This document shows, in pieces, positions 49,789-61,277 of a DNA stretch of 64,000 nt. Below the pieces are notes generated by a model. The model worked only from the letters and a program-made list of their open reading frames with translations, ran no database searches and had not been told where the DNA came from. Each line of letters opens with the position of its first letter. The first letter of the stretch is position 1. The translations under genes were made by a program, and so were the position numbers. Source of the DNA: Botryllus schlosseri (lineage: Eukaryota); contig CM119373.1 in NCBI GenBank assembly GCA_051294905.1, positions 19,158,001 to 19,222,000 of the forward strand, in the 5' to 3' direction.

Positions 49789-50643
49789 TCAATCAAATAT
49801 CTCATGATCTTCGATCCAAGCATTCTCTCTGCGCAAGACACTGTAGCACAGCAAAAATGTTGCCAAAAAAGTGCTCGATAGAGTGACAGTTTTAACGAAT
49901 TTCCCGTCTCTACACTGCCCGATCGGAATTTGTGCAGTCAGCTGACCATTGCCATCAGCAATCGGTATCCACGCGCAAACTGAATCGCTTTCAACAAAGC
50001 AAGGAGCAAGCACAGCTCCGGGAGTAGTCTTGCATATTTGTTTTGTACAATCAACAGTGTTCAAATCACAAAGTGTTTTTGAACATGGTGCATAAAGTGT
50101 TGGTGTTGGCACAATGGCGTTGACATGAAATGTTGCAGTATCATTAGAGCATTTATGATAACGTGAATGCCAAGGGATTGTAAATTTAACTTTTGCAGTG
50201 TCTGATGCTTCGACATGAAAGTAATATAATATTGTTTCATTACTAGACATGTATTGCGGCAGTTCGACATCTATATTCCTGGGAAACAGAGGTCGAACAT
50301 CACCCAAATCGAGTCGTTTCAGTTCATATTGATCAATGTAAAACGATGATGGAACCTGCTGTATCACAAGAAAAGGGTGTTTTCTAGAATACGAGTTATT
50401 TTCCCAAACAATTGTGGATTTCGTGACAATGTCATTGTGCATTCCTTCCATATTGTCTGCTGGTTCGATATCCACAACCGCTGAAAATCTATTCCCACTT
50501 TCACCATCCATATGGTACACAGGCGTGCGTCGCAAGTGTGATAAGCACTTGTCACCTTTCTTGTATTCTTGACGTATATCGCATGGCCACGTTTTGACAT
50601 ATGCTATGTTTATGGCGAGGAAAAGCCAATAAATGAAAAGCAT
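49789..50643 (-). CDS. PIGX: GPI mannosyltransferase I subunit PIG-X, intronless
   Basis: Signal peptide, then GMHNDI, QQVPSSFYIDQYEL, IDVELP, IPWHSRYH, APC...CAW, QIPIG and a C-terminal TM helix, matching the PIG-X/PBN1 pattern. The first in-frame ATG is at 50643. Confidence 0.88.
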   Translation of the reverse strand: MLFIYWLFLAINIAYVKTWPCDIRQEYKKGDKCLSHLRRTPVYHMDGESGNRFSAVVDIEPADNMEGMHNDIVTKSTIVWENNSYSRKHPFLVIQQVPSSFYIDQYELKRLDLGDVRPLFPRNIDVELPQYMSSNETILYYFHVEASDTAKVKFTIPWHSRYHKCSNDTATFHVNAIVPTPTLYAPCSKTLCDLNTVDCTKQICKTTPGAVLAPCFVESDSVCAWIPIADGNGQLTAQIPIGQCRDGKFVKTVTLSSTFLATFLLCYSVLRRENAWIEDHEIFD

Positions 50644-52519
50644 TTGAACTGGCACTCATAAAACTGTAGATAACACCCAAACATAATTGGAAATCGTCAC
50701 TGAATTGAAGGCAATGTGGTGTCAATATCAGTGATTGACCTAGGTCAGACAGAAATGGCAATTGGTATTTCTGTGCAGTAAGGTAACCAATGTATCAGTA
50801 TTTCGATATGGTTGATTCGATGACATTTTGAAGAAAATCAAAAGAGCCAGCAGTAGTAAATCTTTGGCACAATAGTCCAGCGCTATGATTGAAACTGGTA
50901 AACTAGAGGTAAAAATGCGTTTTCGCTAATATGTCACAAAAACAATTCTCCCTTCTAAGTATGTAGACTCACATGGTTTAAGATTTGCCGTGATATCCAT
51001 AATTATCGAATATTTCTGCTACTGCATTCGTAGGTTACTAGGCACGGGAGGCAGGGGCTACCGCTGAAATCATTAGAACAAAATACAATCACAACGAAAA
51101 GGTCAAATACACACCTTGACAGCCCTATACCATTGAATGTTGAGTTCCTAAAGCTACAGATCTAGCCTACATGTAAGAGAATTCCATATATCAGAAAAGT
51201 TTCCCACATAACATGAATTGAAGCGGACAGTAGCTTAAACATAGTTATAGGCCTATAAGACATCTGTGACACCATACCTAAAACTCTAAAGATTACAATA
51301 CTCGAAAGGAACAGCAAATACATTGGGTAATGAAATACCGTACGGTATCTCTATGGACCATCTGGGTGGCCACTAACCTGTGAGTCTGTGACCACTCAAT
51401 ATTGGGAGATGTCATCCCTGGGTACTGAAATAATTGACCTAAGACAGAGAAAAATAAGCTCAACTGTAATTATGCAAGCTACTATCAGCTTATCATATTG
51501 CCAATGATGATATTCCAAGATGTTGTCAGTAAAGCATAAATTCGACTCACACAGTAAAAAAAAAGCAGTAGGCCAACTTAACTAATAATTGTATAATATA
51601 TTTTCTCACAGTGGTGACATGCTTTTTACACGTCTGCTTATTTTGGATTTTTGTAATAGCAATACTGAGTTTTTTGTGAACTATGCAATCGCCACTAGGA
51701 CAGACCCAGCTAAAGAGCTGGGGTGAAGAATATAGAGGAAACATCAAAATCTGGTGATATGATATTTATCCAGTGAAAAGTGAGCTCATATCACACGAAA
51801 GTGGAAGCGTGTCATGTGAACAGTGCGGGTTCGAAAATTTTTCCTCCAAATTTTTCATTCAAATCGTAGATAGGTAGAAATGGCAATAGAATCTATGAGG
51901 TACCTAATAATTCAAAATTGGGGTGCAACTAAGTAGACCTATATCTCTTGGAATGAATATGGTGTCCCAGAGCGCAAGCAGACCGTCGTAAAATTAGGGA
52001 AATTATCTGAACTAGGGGGTGTGCAGCCTTTTTGACAAACGGGTCAGCCTATAAATAATGCGGTGAAGTCGTGGCCAACACATACACTTTCTTGTACGGT
52101 AATCGCAGGGCTCTTCCCAATTTGTAACAAGAATGGCTCATCAATAAGTAGGGATATATATATTTGTAGATGAATTAAAATCGAGAAAATGAACTACTTT
52201 GATGTTGTTGAATAAATTTTGTCAGAAATATTCATGCATGCACACTGTGCAGTCGACATGCATATTTGAGAGTATTTAGACTCTACTGATGTCCAAGATG
52301 AACCTATTTTGTGTGCCGCATAATTTTTCTCTACAGGCCGCACGCCCTCGATTTACACGATGCTGAAGTGTTAAATACTGGGAATTTTTATTTTAAATCC
52401 TATAAAGAACACCTAACATCATGAATTGGAGCTCAAACGAGCTATTGAGAGAGAGAAAGAGATTGGTACCAAAACACTAGATTCAAAGTTGGAGTTTCAA
52501 AATACAATTACAACAAAAT

Positions 52520-53332
52520 TCAATCGTTTATAATCCTCAACAATGTCCCACTGGTCGATTCAATACATTTTATCGAGTCCGAGCCGGCAAGATCGTAAGC
52601 ATGATATAAAATACCCAACTTCATAGACGGCGGAACTTTGCGCCTTTTCAGTTCCGTCAAATGCAGTTCTTTAAAGCGAGTCATCCTTATCATTCTCAAG
52701 GCGGCCTGCTTGCCTTTGAGAAAGATCTTCATAAATTGACCGGCCGCCGGGACAGAAAACCACCAAGTGCCCGCGTCCCGCAGGGTGATGAGTCCGTAAT
52801 TGACAAGCGCCGTCAAGTCTTTGTCTTTAAATCCATATTTCTTCATCAGAACGCTTTCGGAAATTGAAATATCGGATTCCGTTGACACGACTTGACTTAA
52901 AAACCGGGATATTACCGTGTCCTTCGAAGGGGATGCAATATATTTAGAGTTACTATCAGTACTGTTGTTTGATACGCCGTGGTACTTTTTAACGAAAGAG
53001 GTGAAGTCCTCAGTTATGAGAATCATAACTTCATCGTCGCCACGGCCCAAGTGAAACACTTTGATCCGAAAGCTTTCGGCGAGAGTATTAACCTCACGGT
53101 CTACATCAGTCCTATTTTTGACCAACGCGTAGAGCTGCTGTTTGAAGATTATCGGAGGGAATCTTCCGGCTCGTTCTTTGGACGGGAATATTGTTCGGAT
53201 ATACTCAATCGCGCTCCAGGTGTCGGTGATACTCTGCTCTTCTGGACTGAGCCTTGATCCTCCGATTATGGCGACTGGCTTATGTCTCTTGTTGTGTATC
53301 CCAGCGCCTACCATCCATTTCCTTTTGCTCAT
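52520..53332 (-). CDS. STK19: STK19 (winged-helix TC-NER factor), intronless
   Basis: 270-aa ORF with FPPIIFKQQLY, RTDVDREV, GTWWFSVPAAGQFMK, KLGILYHAYDL and IESTSGTLLR. Confidence 0.92.
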   Translation of the reverse strand: MSKRKWMVGAGIHNKRHKPVAIIGGSRLSPEEQSITDTWSAIEYIRTIFPSKERAGRFPPIIFKQQLYALVKNRTDVDREVNTLAESFRIKVFHLGRGDDEVMILITEDFTSFVKKYHGVSNNSTDSNSKYIASPSKDTVISRFLSQVVSTESDISISESVLMKKYGFKDKDLTALVNYGLITLRDAGTWWFSVPAAGQFMKIFLKGKQAALRMIRMTRFKELHLTELKRRKVPPSMKLGILYHAYDLAGSDSIKCIESTSGTLLRIIND

Positions 53333-55056
53333 TTGGATCTATCAAACTACGCTAATTTGATCGCAAGAAATCTGAAATACATCACAAAAATCGTCAACAC
53401 GGTATCAAAGATCCGTTGTGGTGTGCGATTAAAATAACCAATTTTCAGAGTAGTTGTGCATGATCAGACATTATGAGCGTATGCGATACAACGTAGCAAT
53501 CATTGATGTAGGAATCTGTAAGAGAACCTTGTCATACTTACTGGTATACACAGTGCTATTTGAAACTTCTCAACACTAATAGCACGGTACGATGTGTAGG
53601 CCTGCTATCAGGGATGAAAGTGAGCTGGTAGTCAACACAATTTTACCAGTGGCAGATTAATGATACACTTCAGCAACATATTCTTAGGGCGCAAGTGCGC
53701 CTTCCCCTGACAAGAACATGCCCACAATATCATTCTAACTGAATCAAGGCCATGCATGCATCAAGCCACGAGGCCTCAACGAGTTTAAAATTATCGAGAC
53801 CTATGTCATTGCAAAGACGCTACAGTGCGGATAAGCGAGCATAATGTCTGACCTTGCACATCACTTCAAGATTTCTGTTAGAAATTTCCACGGACTTCAC
53901 ATCACCACACACATGACGAAGCAAGAAATTTTATTCACAATACCGCAAGCTGCCATTAGTCACGAATACACAAGGCTGTGTTCATATCAACCAAATACAG
54001 CCAATAATCACTCAAATTTGTGGGCATTGTCGTATAAAGGCTTATCGAAATATGATAGAACATTTCAATATCTGCATGAATTGGTGATGAATCGTAAAGT
54101 AAAAACAGAACACATCAATCGACTGTTCTCAGATACATCTTTGAGAAGGTCAAAGTTCATATAAAGAGCATCTTATACACATGTAATTGTGGCAGACCAC
54201 ACTGCAGGTAATAGTGAGGTGTTATTTACCTAATTTTCGATCAGAAGTTTCTTTTAATGCCGCACACGCAGTAGGGTGTGCAGTGCACACATGCAGTTTG
54301 CGTTTTGCTTGGGATAGGCTACGGGTTCAAATTCAGCAGTTGATCATAACATAAACAATGATGTCCTCGCTGCTAGGCTACAACAAACGAGATTGAATAT
54401 ATAAAAAAGAAGAGAGAAAGTTGGGATCCGGTGTGACACAGTAAGCAGGGGCAAAAACATCCACAGTGGCCTTGAACCAGAGTGATTGGGTCGATAAGAT
54501 CATTCACCAGAATATGCCCAACTACATTATTCACCGTTACGTCGCTTACATTGTGACATGTAGATTACGAAATAATATGGGAATGCATTTATTGGTTCGA
54601 CTAGCGACGTGTCCTAGTACCGAGTGAGGTATTTCAAGTCGCAGATTCACATCGTAATATAAAACGACGCGTAAAGTGGATAAAGAGGATATTAATAAAT
54701 CACGCTTGCATGTTTGCAATCAACACAAGTGAATTCACGCAAAAGATTTTCATAGAAACGAAAGTCGCATGTCGTGGAACCTGGATTGTGGCTAGGGGCT
54801 GGGCAAGATCCAGTAGAATCCCTGGGTGATTCTATCCACTCTCGTTACGCTACTCAAACCATTTACCCGAATCTTCGTTCCCAGCCCATTTGCAGCCTTA
54901 TTTATAGGCTAATGACCGTGCAAGGCCTATTAATAAGATGTGCTGACACCTGCAACACTTTCTCAACTCATCTGATGACATTTAGAGTTCGTACTGAAAA
55001 TCGCACTTCAACATAAGTCTAAAAACGCAGAGGGGAACCAAAACCGTCGCCAGAAT

Positions 55057-55812
55057 TCAGGATTTCGGCACTAAATGCCTTGCGTTATATTTTGCGCCTT
55101 CCTCATATTTTGTCATGTCCTTATCGGCGGTTCCGCAAGTACCTATACCAACGCGACCGCTAAGTCCTTCCGGCGACGCGAATATACTCCTTTTCGTGAC
55201 GCCTTTCGAGCTTTTGTGGGTGATTTTCTTGTTAAATTCCTTCCACTTGTGCTTAGAAATCTCAGATTCCGCCTCCTTTTCCTTGGCCTTCATCTTCTTC
55301 TTTTGGTTTTTCTTTTTGCGGTACTCCCGTTGTTTAATCATGAGCTCGCGCTTCTGAGCGCGGGACAAATTCGCGCCGGGCTTGTCGCCCTCGACGATCA
55401 ACTTCAACTGCGATAACTGACACACGTCCGGGTGTTCGAATTCGTTGAAACGCACAGCTACAGTTGCACTTTCAGGGAGTATTTCTTCCAGAAATCCCTT
55501 GTGATATTTCCCATCTCCACTCCAGATAGCGTAGCATGGGTCGCCTACTTTCCACATGTGACGGGGGCCTACGTTCGGTTGGGCCGTTTCCTCTGCTATT
55601 TCTTCCTCTGTTTTGCCAGTCTTTGTTTTGTAATTGGCTGTAGGTTTCGAGGCTTCGACGCCTATCAGGTCTTTAGTGAGTTGTATTACTTCCTCCAAGT
55701 CCACTTTCAATTTTTTCAACTCGTCGTTCTCAGCGTCTAATGTCAACGCGGCTTCTACTTGCGTCAGCTGCATTTTGTAGTTGGCCAAATTCGAGTCTAG
55801 GTCGCTCGCCAT
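55057..55812 (-). CDS. SMNDC1: Survival motor neuron domain-containing 1 / SPF30, intronless
   Basis: NYKMQLTQVEAAL..D..N.EL.KLK.DL.EVI.LT, a Tudor domain (WKVGDPCYAIWSGDGKYH), REYRKKK, KWKEF and SIFASPEGLSGRVGIGTCG. Confidence 0.96.
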   Translation of the reverse strand: MASDLDSNLANYKMQLTQVEAALTLDAENDELKKLKVDLEEVIQLTKDLIGVEASKPTANYKTKTGKTEEEIAEETAQPNVGPRHMWKVGDPCYAIWSGDGKYHKGFLEEILPESATVAVRFNEFEHPDVCQLSQLKLIVEGDKPGANLSRAQKRELMIKQREYRKKKNQKKKMKAKEKEAESEISKHKWKEFNKKITHKSSKGVTKRSIFASPEGLSGRVGIGTCGTADKDMTKYEEGAKYNARHLVPKS

Positions 55813-55924
55813 GTCGGTATCCGGGCGAGACTAGGCTTCGGAGAGTGAGAATGTTTGTGGTATACGATTTCGTTACTACGAATGCTGAGAAAAATGAAAC
55901 GAATGGTTTATTGCAGCTGTAGAT

Positions 55925-56187
55925 TGGGGGTGGGGCATTAGGGTTGGGTAGGAGGGATATTAGGGTTGGGGGCCATGGGGGGACATTGGAGTTGGGGGAG
56001 GGGTACATTAGGGCTGGGGGAGGATATTAGGGTTGGGGGGCATTAGGGTTGGGAGGCATTAGGGTTGGGGGCATTAGGGTTGGGGGAGGGGGATATTAGG
56101 GTTGAGGGAGGGGGTATTAGGGTTGGAGGAGGGGTTATTAGGGTTGGTAGTGGGTTACTGGGTTAGGGTCCAAGTTAGGGTTAGGGT
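55925..56187 (+). repeat. Degenerate TTAGGGTTGG G-rich array
   Basis: Multiple ATATTAGGGTTGGGG / CATTAGGGTTGGG units, ending GGTTAGGG..GTTAGGGTTAGGG. Confidence 0.85.
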
Positions 56188-56589
56188 ATCCCAAGATTAG
56201 GTTGCCCTGACATGAATATCCCCAAACCATAATATCTAGGGTTACCATATTTCGGAAATCTGAAAAGAGGGCCATATTTTCATTTATATTCTCGGTATAA
56301 GTGCGACAGTAGCTTTTGATCAAGACCAGATTCAGTAAATTCTGCCCTCTGGAAGATAACTTTTGAAATGCCAAAAATCTTACAGTTGCTGCCGCAAAAT
56401 AATTCTGAATATAGCCTCAGCGAAGCGGAACGAAGCTGTAAAATCGGTCGTTGCCATTCCATGTTTTACATTCGATAAATTCCAGTAACCAATCACGGTG
56501 AACCGGTAGCGTGCGTGGTGGAGTCTTCGATATCAGGCTCTCGTACTGCGAGATCTACCACGGCACGTGATTCTTCCCTATCTAAGATT

Positions 56590-56713
56590 GACGAATCACT
56601 TGATAATAATGCGGTATTATAAGTTTAATAATTCGTATTAATAGTTGTTAATACGCTTCAATACAAAATTTCCAGAGGGCCGAATTCACCGAGGGCCGAG
56701 TTCACTGGTGATC
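56590..56713. mobile_element. Diverged terminal arm related to family E
   Basis: ATTCGTATTAATAG..CAAAATTTCCAGAGGGCCGAATTCACCGAGGGCCGAGTTCACTGGTGATC resembles 33505-33600 and the E terminus. Confidence 0.5.
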
Positions 56714-57974
56714 ATAGGCAGTAGGCCCTACTAATGTTAAATAGACTGAGATCTGTATCACCAATCTGGATCTGGCTCCTGTTATAAATGGGTCACCCTT
56801 TTCTGCTGCGGATTTGTTACTATGCTTCTCTCGGTGCGATATATTCTAATCTAATTACCGTATTCCGGTATTCGCCTATAAAATCTGCTGCATGGTCATG
56901 GTTAAGGTTATGACTCAGTTTTATGATTTAGTTAGTCGTTCAAAATTACTCTGCCTTTCGACTCATGCAAGGCATAGCGTGCTCAAAATAAAACAATGGA
57001 ATATATATACAGTTCGGTCTGGAAGCAAACGACCACCTTCCGTACGATTACGAAAGCTTCAACCTTCAAATATACTATAGGCCTATGCAGGATACTTGGA
57101 TGACCATCTGTCTGCCGTCAAAGTCAGCCCTTATAACTGCACTCCCATACTACCATCGACTTGAACGTAATCGCTATAATTACTGAACTTTGTTCCAATT
57201 ACGCTTCGGATTCGACGACACAGTTACAGTATAGAGGATGTCCTCTATAGTTACAGTACAAAGCATTCGACGAACTTTAAGCGTTCTGTCGATTTACTGT
57301 GTCTTCATTTAATTGCGTGATCTGCAAAATCAGTGGTGTCTATGGAATTTACATGAAATATACTCATTTTATTCGCAATCCAATATTCCAATGACATATA
57401 TAGATATATAGATATACGATGAAATTAGAGTGGCGGCAGTGTTCATATATCACATTCTAATAGCATCGTTGCGCTATCACTAGAACGGCTAAAATACACG
57501 AGTGCTAGATCTCATTTACAAACCCACCACGACTAGTTACTACGACAGGAGCCCACGACCTCCTTCTTGTTTCCAGAACCTTAACAGTTTACTACTAAAT
57601 ACACAAAGTAAAACAAATGTAAAGCTTGCGTGTCATTTGCACCACCGAAAGCTAGGGTATTATCATATCGTAGCTTTATAAAAACTAGTCGGGACTCGGC
57701 ACACCGATTCAGCATTCAGTGCTCTCGTCTCGTAAGTAGAGGTCGACCTGGCCGATTATCGAGGCCAGTATTTGGAACTTTCCCGACCATCGACATCGGC
57801 CTATGAAAGTAGGTCAACCAACCACAAAGTTGGGAATAAATTTACCATTTTTTCTGGATTGTACTCCAGTATTGTAAGTCTGAAAATTTTGAAAAAGTCT
57901 CCTCTTTTCAGATTTCCAAAATATGGTAACCCTACGATAAGACACACTGCGATGTAATGAACAGATAGGAGTAT

Positions 57975-58207
57975 GCCGAACGACCAGCTGCACTCGCGAT
58001 TGCGGTCTCTTAAACAGGCATCCACCTCGACGGGCTCGACCTATGGCCCGATGTCACAGTTCTCTTTTTCGATGCTGGTCTGTATTTTGCGGCTCTTATT
58101 CTTGCTCTTTCATTCGCGCTCATTCATAGGGTCTTTTTCTGGGCTTGTTTTTTGTCGCCGTAAAAACAGCGACGCGGGGAAAGAGGAACCCAGAATAACC
58201 TCCGACG
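57975..58207 (-). mobile_element. Second copy of the 49.5-kb SINE body
   Basis: Shared blocks GAACGACCAG, CAGGCAT.CACCTCG, CCGATGTCA and AACAGCGAC..CCCAGAATAACCTCCGAC. Confidence 0.65.
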
Positions 58208-58437
58208 CGTAATCAAACCGGTGCCACCTAACCGGCAGGCGCTTAATCGTCATCACTGCGCTATCTTTCAATGTTCCGTGTTCTCAATCTCACAAAATCG
58301 ACGACGCAAAGGGCGATACGTGGCTGATTTGCCCTTGCAGGACCTGGATGAGCATGCAGAGAAACTCTGCTTCCTGCATTGCAATCTACCTCTACTGGAC
58401 TGGTCTGCAATTCTGCATCACATTTTGCTTTTTGGGT

Positions 58438-59257
58438 CAGGGTTGTAACCAAGTCACAAAGGCTCCGAGTCACAAGTCAATTTCACTTTTCTAGTTTTCA
58501 CTCGAGTCAAGTCGAGTCATTTTCAATTCACCACTGAGTCAAGTCCGAGTCCAAGTCATCGAGCAGAGGTTCGAGTCCGAGTCATGGTATTATGACTCGA
58601 GTCCGAGTCCAAGTCATTATGTGTTGACTGCTCAGTTTCCAGATAAAGTATTATTAAAGTTAAAGTTAAAGTTTATTCATAAAATTTTATCACTTCAAAA
58701 CATCACAAGACTGCAATACAATGAATGATAGGAAGATGCGAAAACGACTAGGAGTAGTATTAAGATCAGACACCCACCTGGGCCATAGGCGATGTAAATA
58801 GGAGGAGGCATGCACACTGAATGAAAGTAAAAGAAGCTATAATATAAAGTGGCAATAAATGACGGAAGGCGAGATCGACATGTCAGGTCATGGTCCGGTA
58901 TAAATGGTGAGGGCTGACTAAACCCACTTTTATAACTCTGCTTGGTGATATCAAATGGTTCGCATTATAAGATACATAATTTTCCTCACTTTTAGCAGTT
59001 TCTAATCGCATTTTCAAGTAATTGTACCAATAGACGAAATACCAATTGGTTACGATACTATTCTTCGACATTACAATGAATTAAAATGTCGGTCTTGGCC
59101 GTCTGAGTCTGGGAGTCATATGCGCAATGACTCGAGTCCAAGTCGAGTCAATACACAGCTTGACTCGAGTCGAATCGAGTCATATTCGTATTTTGAGAAA
59201 ATGACTCGAGTCAAGTCGAGTCTTCAGAAAATCGTGACTCGAGTCATTATAACCCTG
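58438..59257. mobile_element. hAT-type MITE family A with a nested ~270-bp insertion
   Basis: CAGGGTTGTAACC...TTATAACCCTG with TSD TTTTGGGT/TTTTAGGT. Extra sequence lies at about 58648-58917. Confidence 0.85.
58648..58790 (-). mobile_element. 3' end of a non-LTR retroelement (LINE/SINE tail)
   Basis: The minus strand ends AATAAA(CTTTAA)n. It is homologous to 60008-60130 (+), which ends AATAAACC(TGAT)n. Confidence 0.6.
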
Positions 59258-59374
59258 TTTTAGGTTATCCCGAATTTCAATGAATCTGTACAATTCAACA
59301 ATAATTCTTTTTAATTCCGGTTCGCTCATTTGTAGCGGTATGAGTTGTATTAATATTTTCATCCTTTCAGAACA

Positions 59375-59510
59375 CCAGGGCTTTGGAGCCGGAGCCGGAG
59401 ATGGAGCCCGGAGCCGTGCATTTTTACCGGAGCTGGAGCCGGAGCCGAAGCTCTACATAAAATTCAGCCGGAGCCGGAGCTAGTTATTTTAGGGTAGCTC
59501 CGGCTCCGAC
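59375..59510. repeat. (GGAGCC)n-rich MITE fragment
   Basis: CAGGGCTTTGGAGCCGGAGCC...GGCTCCGGCTCCG. Confidence 0.55.
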
Positions 59511-60007
59511 GTATTTCATAAGATGCTATTATATATGCAACTAACCATATCTGCTGAATTCACGTAATTCAGCAGCAGGCCTTCGCGAAATTAAGAATCT
59601 TTTACTCATTGGCGCTACCTTTTCCGACTAACCCTGTTCCTGGGGATGTAACAGCAGAGCAGTCATGTTCAATTTTCATACATGAGTGCCGAACCTCGGT
59701 ATGCTAGATATGCCTGTGAATATTGTGGATATTCGGCATACCCGCAATTTCATCATCAGCACAACCTTGTTGGCCAATTGTACGGTTCGAAAATAATGAT
59801 CACTATGTATTACACGAAATGTGAGAGACGATAAAAACGTTATTTCGTTGCACATGTCGATATGACGAGCACGAGCCTATAAATTCCATCTCATCGTTGC
59901 TATGAATCGGATGAGCAAATATTCGTTTTTTCGTGATAGTTCTTTAATCGGGCCGCGAAATTGGACGATGAAAATATTAATAAACCTGATTGACTTATTG
60001 ATAGACT

Positions 60008-60130
60008 AAGGTGGGTGTCTGATCTTAATGGCTACTTCAAGTTGTTTCGACACCTTCCTATCTTTTCATTGTATCGCAGTCTTGTGATGTTTTGAAACGA
60101 TGAAAATATTAATAAACCTGATTGATTGAT
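60008..60130 (+). mobile_element. 3' end of a non-LTR retroelement, second copy
   Basis: Reverse-complement match to 58670-58780; the tail motif is also duplicated at 59966-60000. Confidence 0.6.
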
Positions 60131-61277
60131 AAAAAAGTGTTATTGAGTATGCAATCATGCATGCGAATTGGAATTCATTACTGCGCATGATCGTCATTCA
60201 CTCCAGTAAGGATTTTGAGCGTGAATAGGGGATGGCAGAAATTTGGCCCAAAACGCCGTTACACTCAGCGAACAATTGTCGCGGTGCGAGCTATTCAATG
60301 CGATGTCAGGACCCCATGGTATTTTATGTAGGAAACAAATTTCTGATTTGATACGCGATTTCCAATTTGTAATCATCTGTTTCGTAAATTCATTCTTGAT
60401 GTCTGCTTGATACTCCAGTATTCCCGGATTATCGCGCACTGTGACTTGTAAATGTGCAATGTGCATGGCACAGTGTTTAATTCGATTATTCGATTCGTTT
60501 CAACGGGAAAATATTATATTCCGATAAACTTGATCGACACCGGATAGACTGGTAACGAGTGCACCAATATCGAACGTCAAACCATTGGCCATTTGGTACA
60601 AATCGAATTTCTATTGATCAGGTCGTGATGTCCGCCCATGTTGCTCTGACTACAGTTACAATTGAATAATAATCGCTTATTTAAAGATTGAATTGAGCTG
60701 TATGGCTTGATGTTAACGAGTACAGTGCCAGTGTTAAAACACCACATCAGAATTTTCATACAGCAGTGGTTCTCAACCTTTTTGTCTTCGCGGACCCCTT
60801 TTAGACTGCCACAGATCTCCGCGGACTCCAGAATTTTTAGTTCAAATTTAGCTCAATTATCGTGCAACCGTTTTCTGTCCCGTGAAAATATTACCTCTAG
60901 GCTAGTGATAAACAGCAAAAAATTGACTTTTCTTGAAAATAGCTTGCTACTATTTATGTAGAAATTGGTCGACTTTTATTATTTCAAAGCGAATTCTGCA
61001 ACTCCATTTCTTGAATACGTGGTTGTGTCTTGAAAATCCGCGCCTTCGGCTTGTTATGAACTGGTGCCGAAAATCCATCTCCTCAAGGATAGGTGTTAGC
61101 GAATGTAACAATAACGCGTAACCCCTCAGACGACAATTTTTGGGTATGATCGCAACTTAGATGCCACTACCAAGATTGAGAAATAGATTTAATAAACATA
61201 AAACGTCCAGCATGATCCTTTCTATCTAGCAGCTCCTCTTAAAGTTATTTTGGAATAATGGGTATTTGAACAGCTTC

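Noticed and set aside
60194-60430. Possible minus-strand terminal exon (VTVRDNPGILEYQ...PYWSE)
   Set aside because: No recognisable homology and no linked exons were found, so it cannot be supported.
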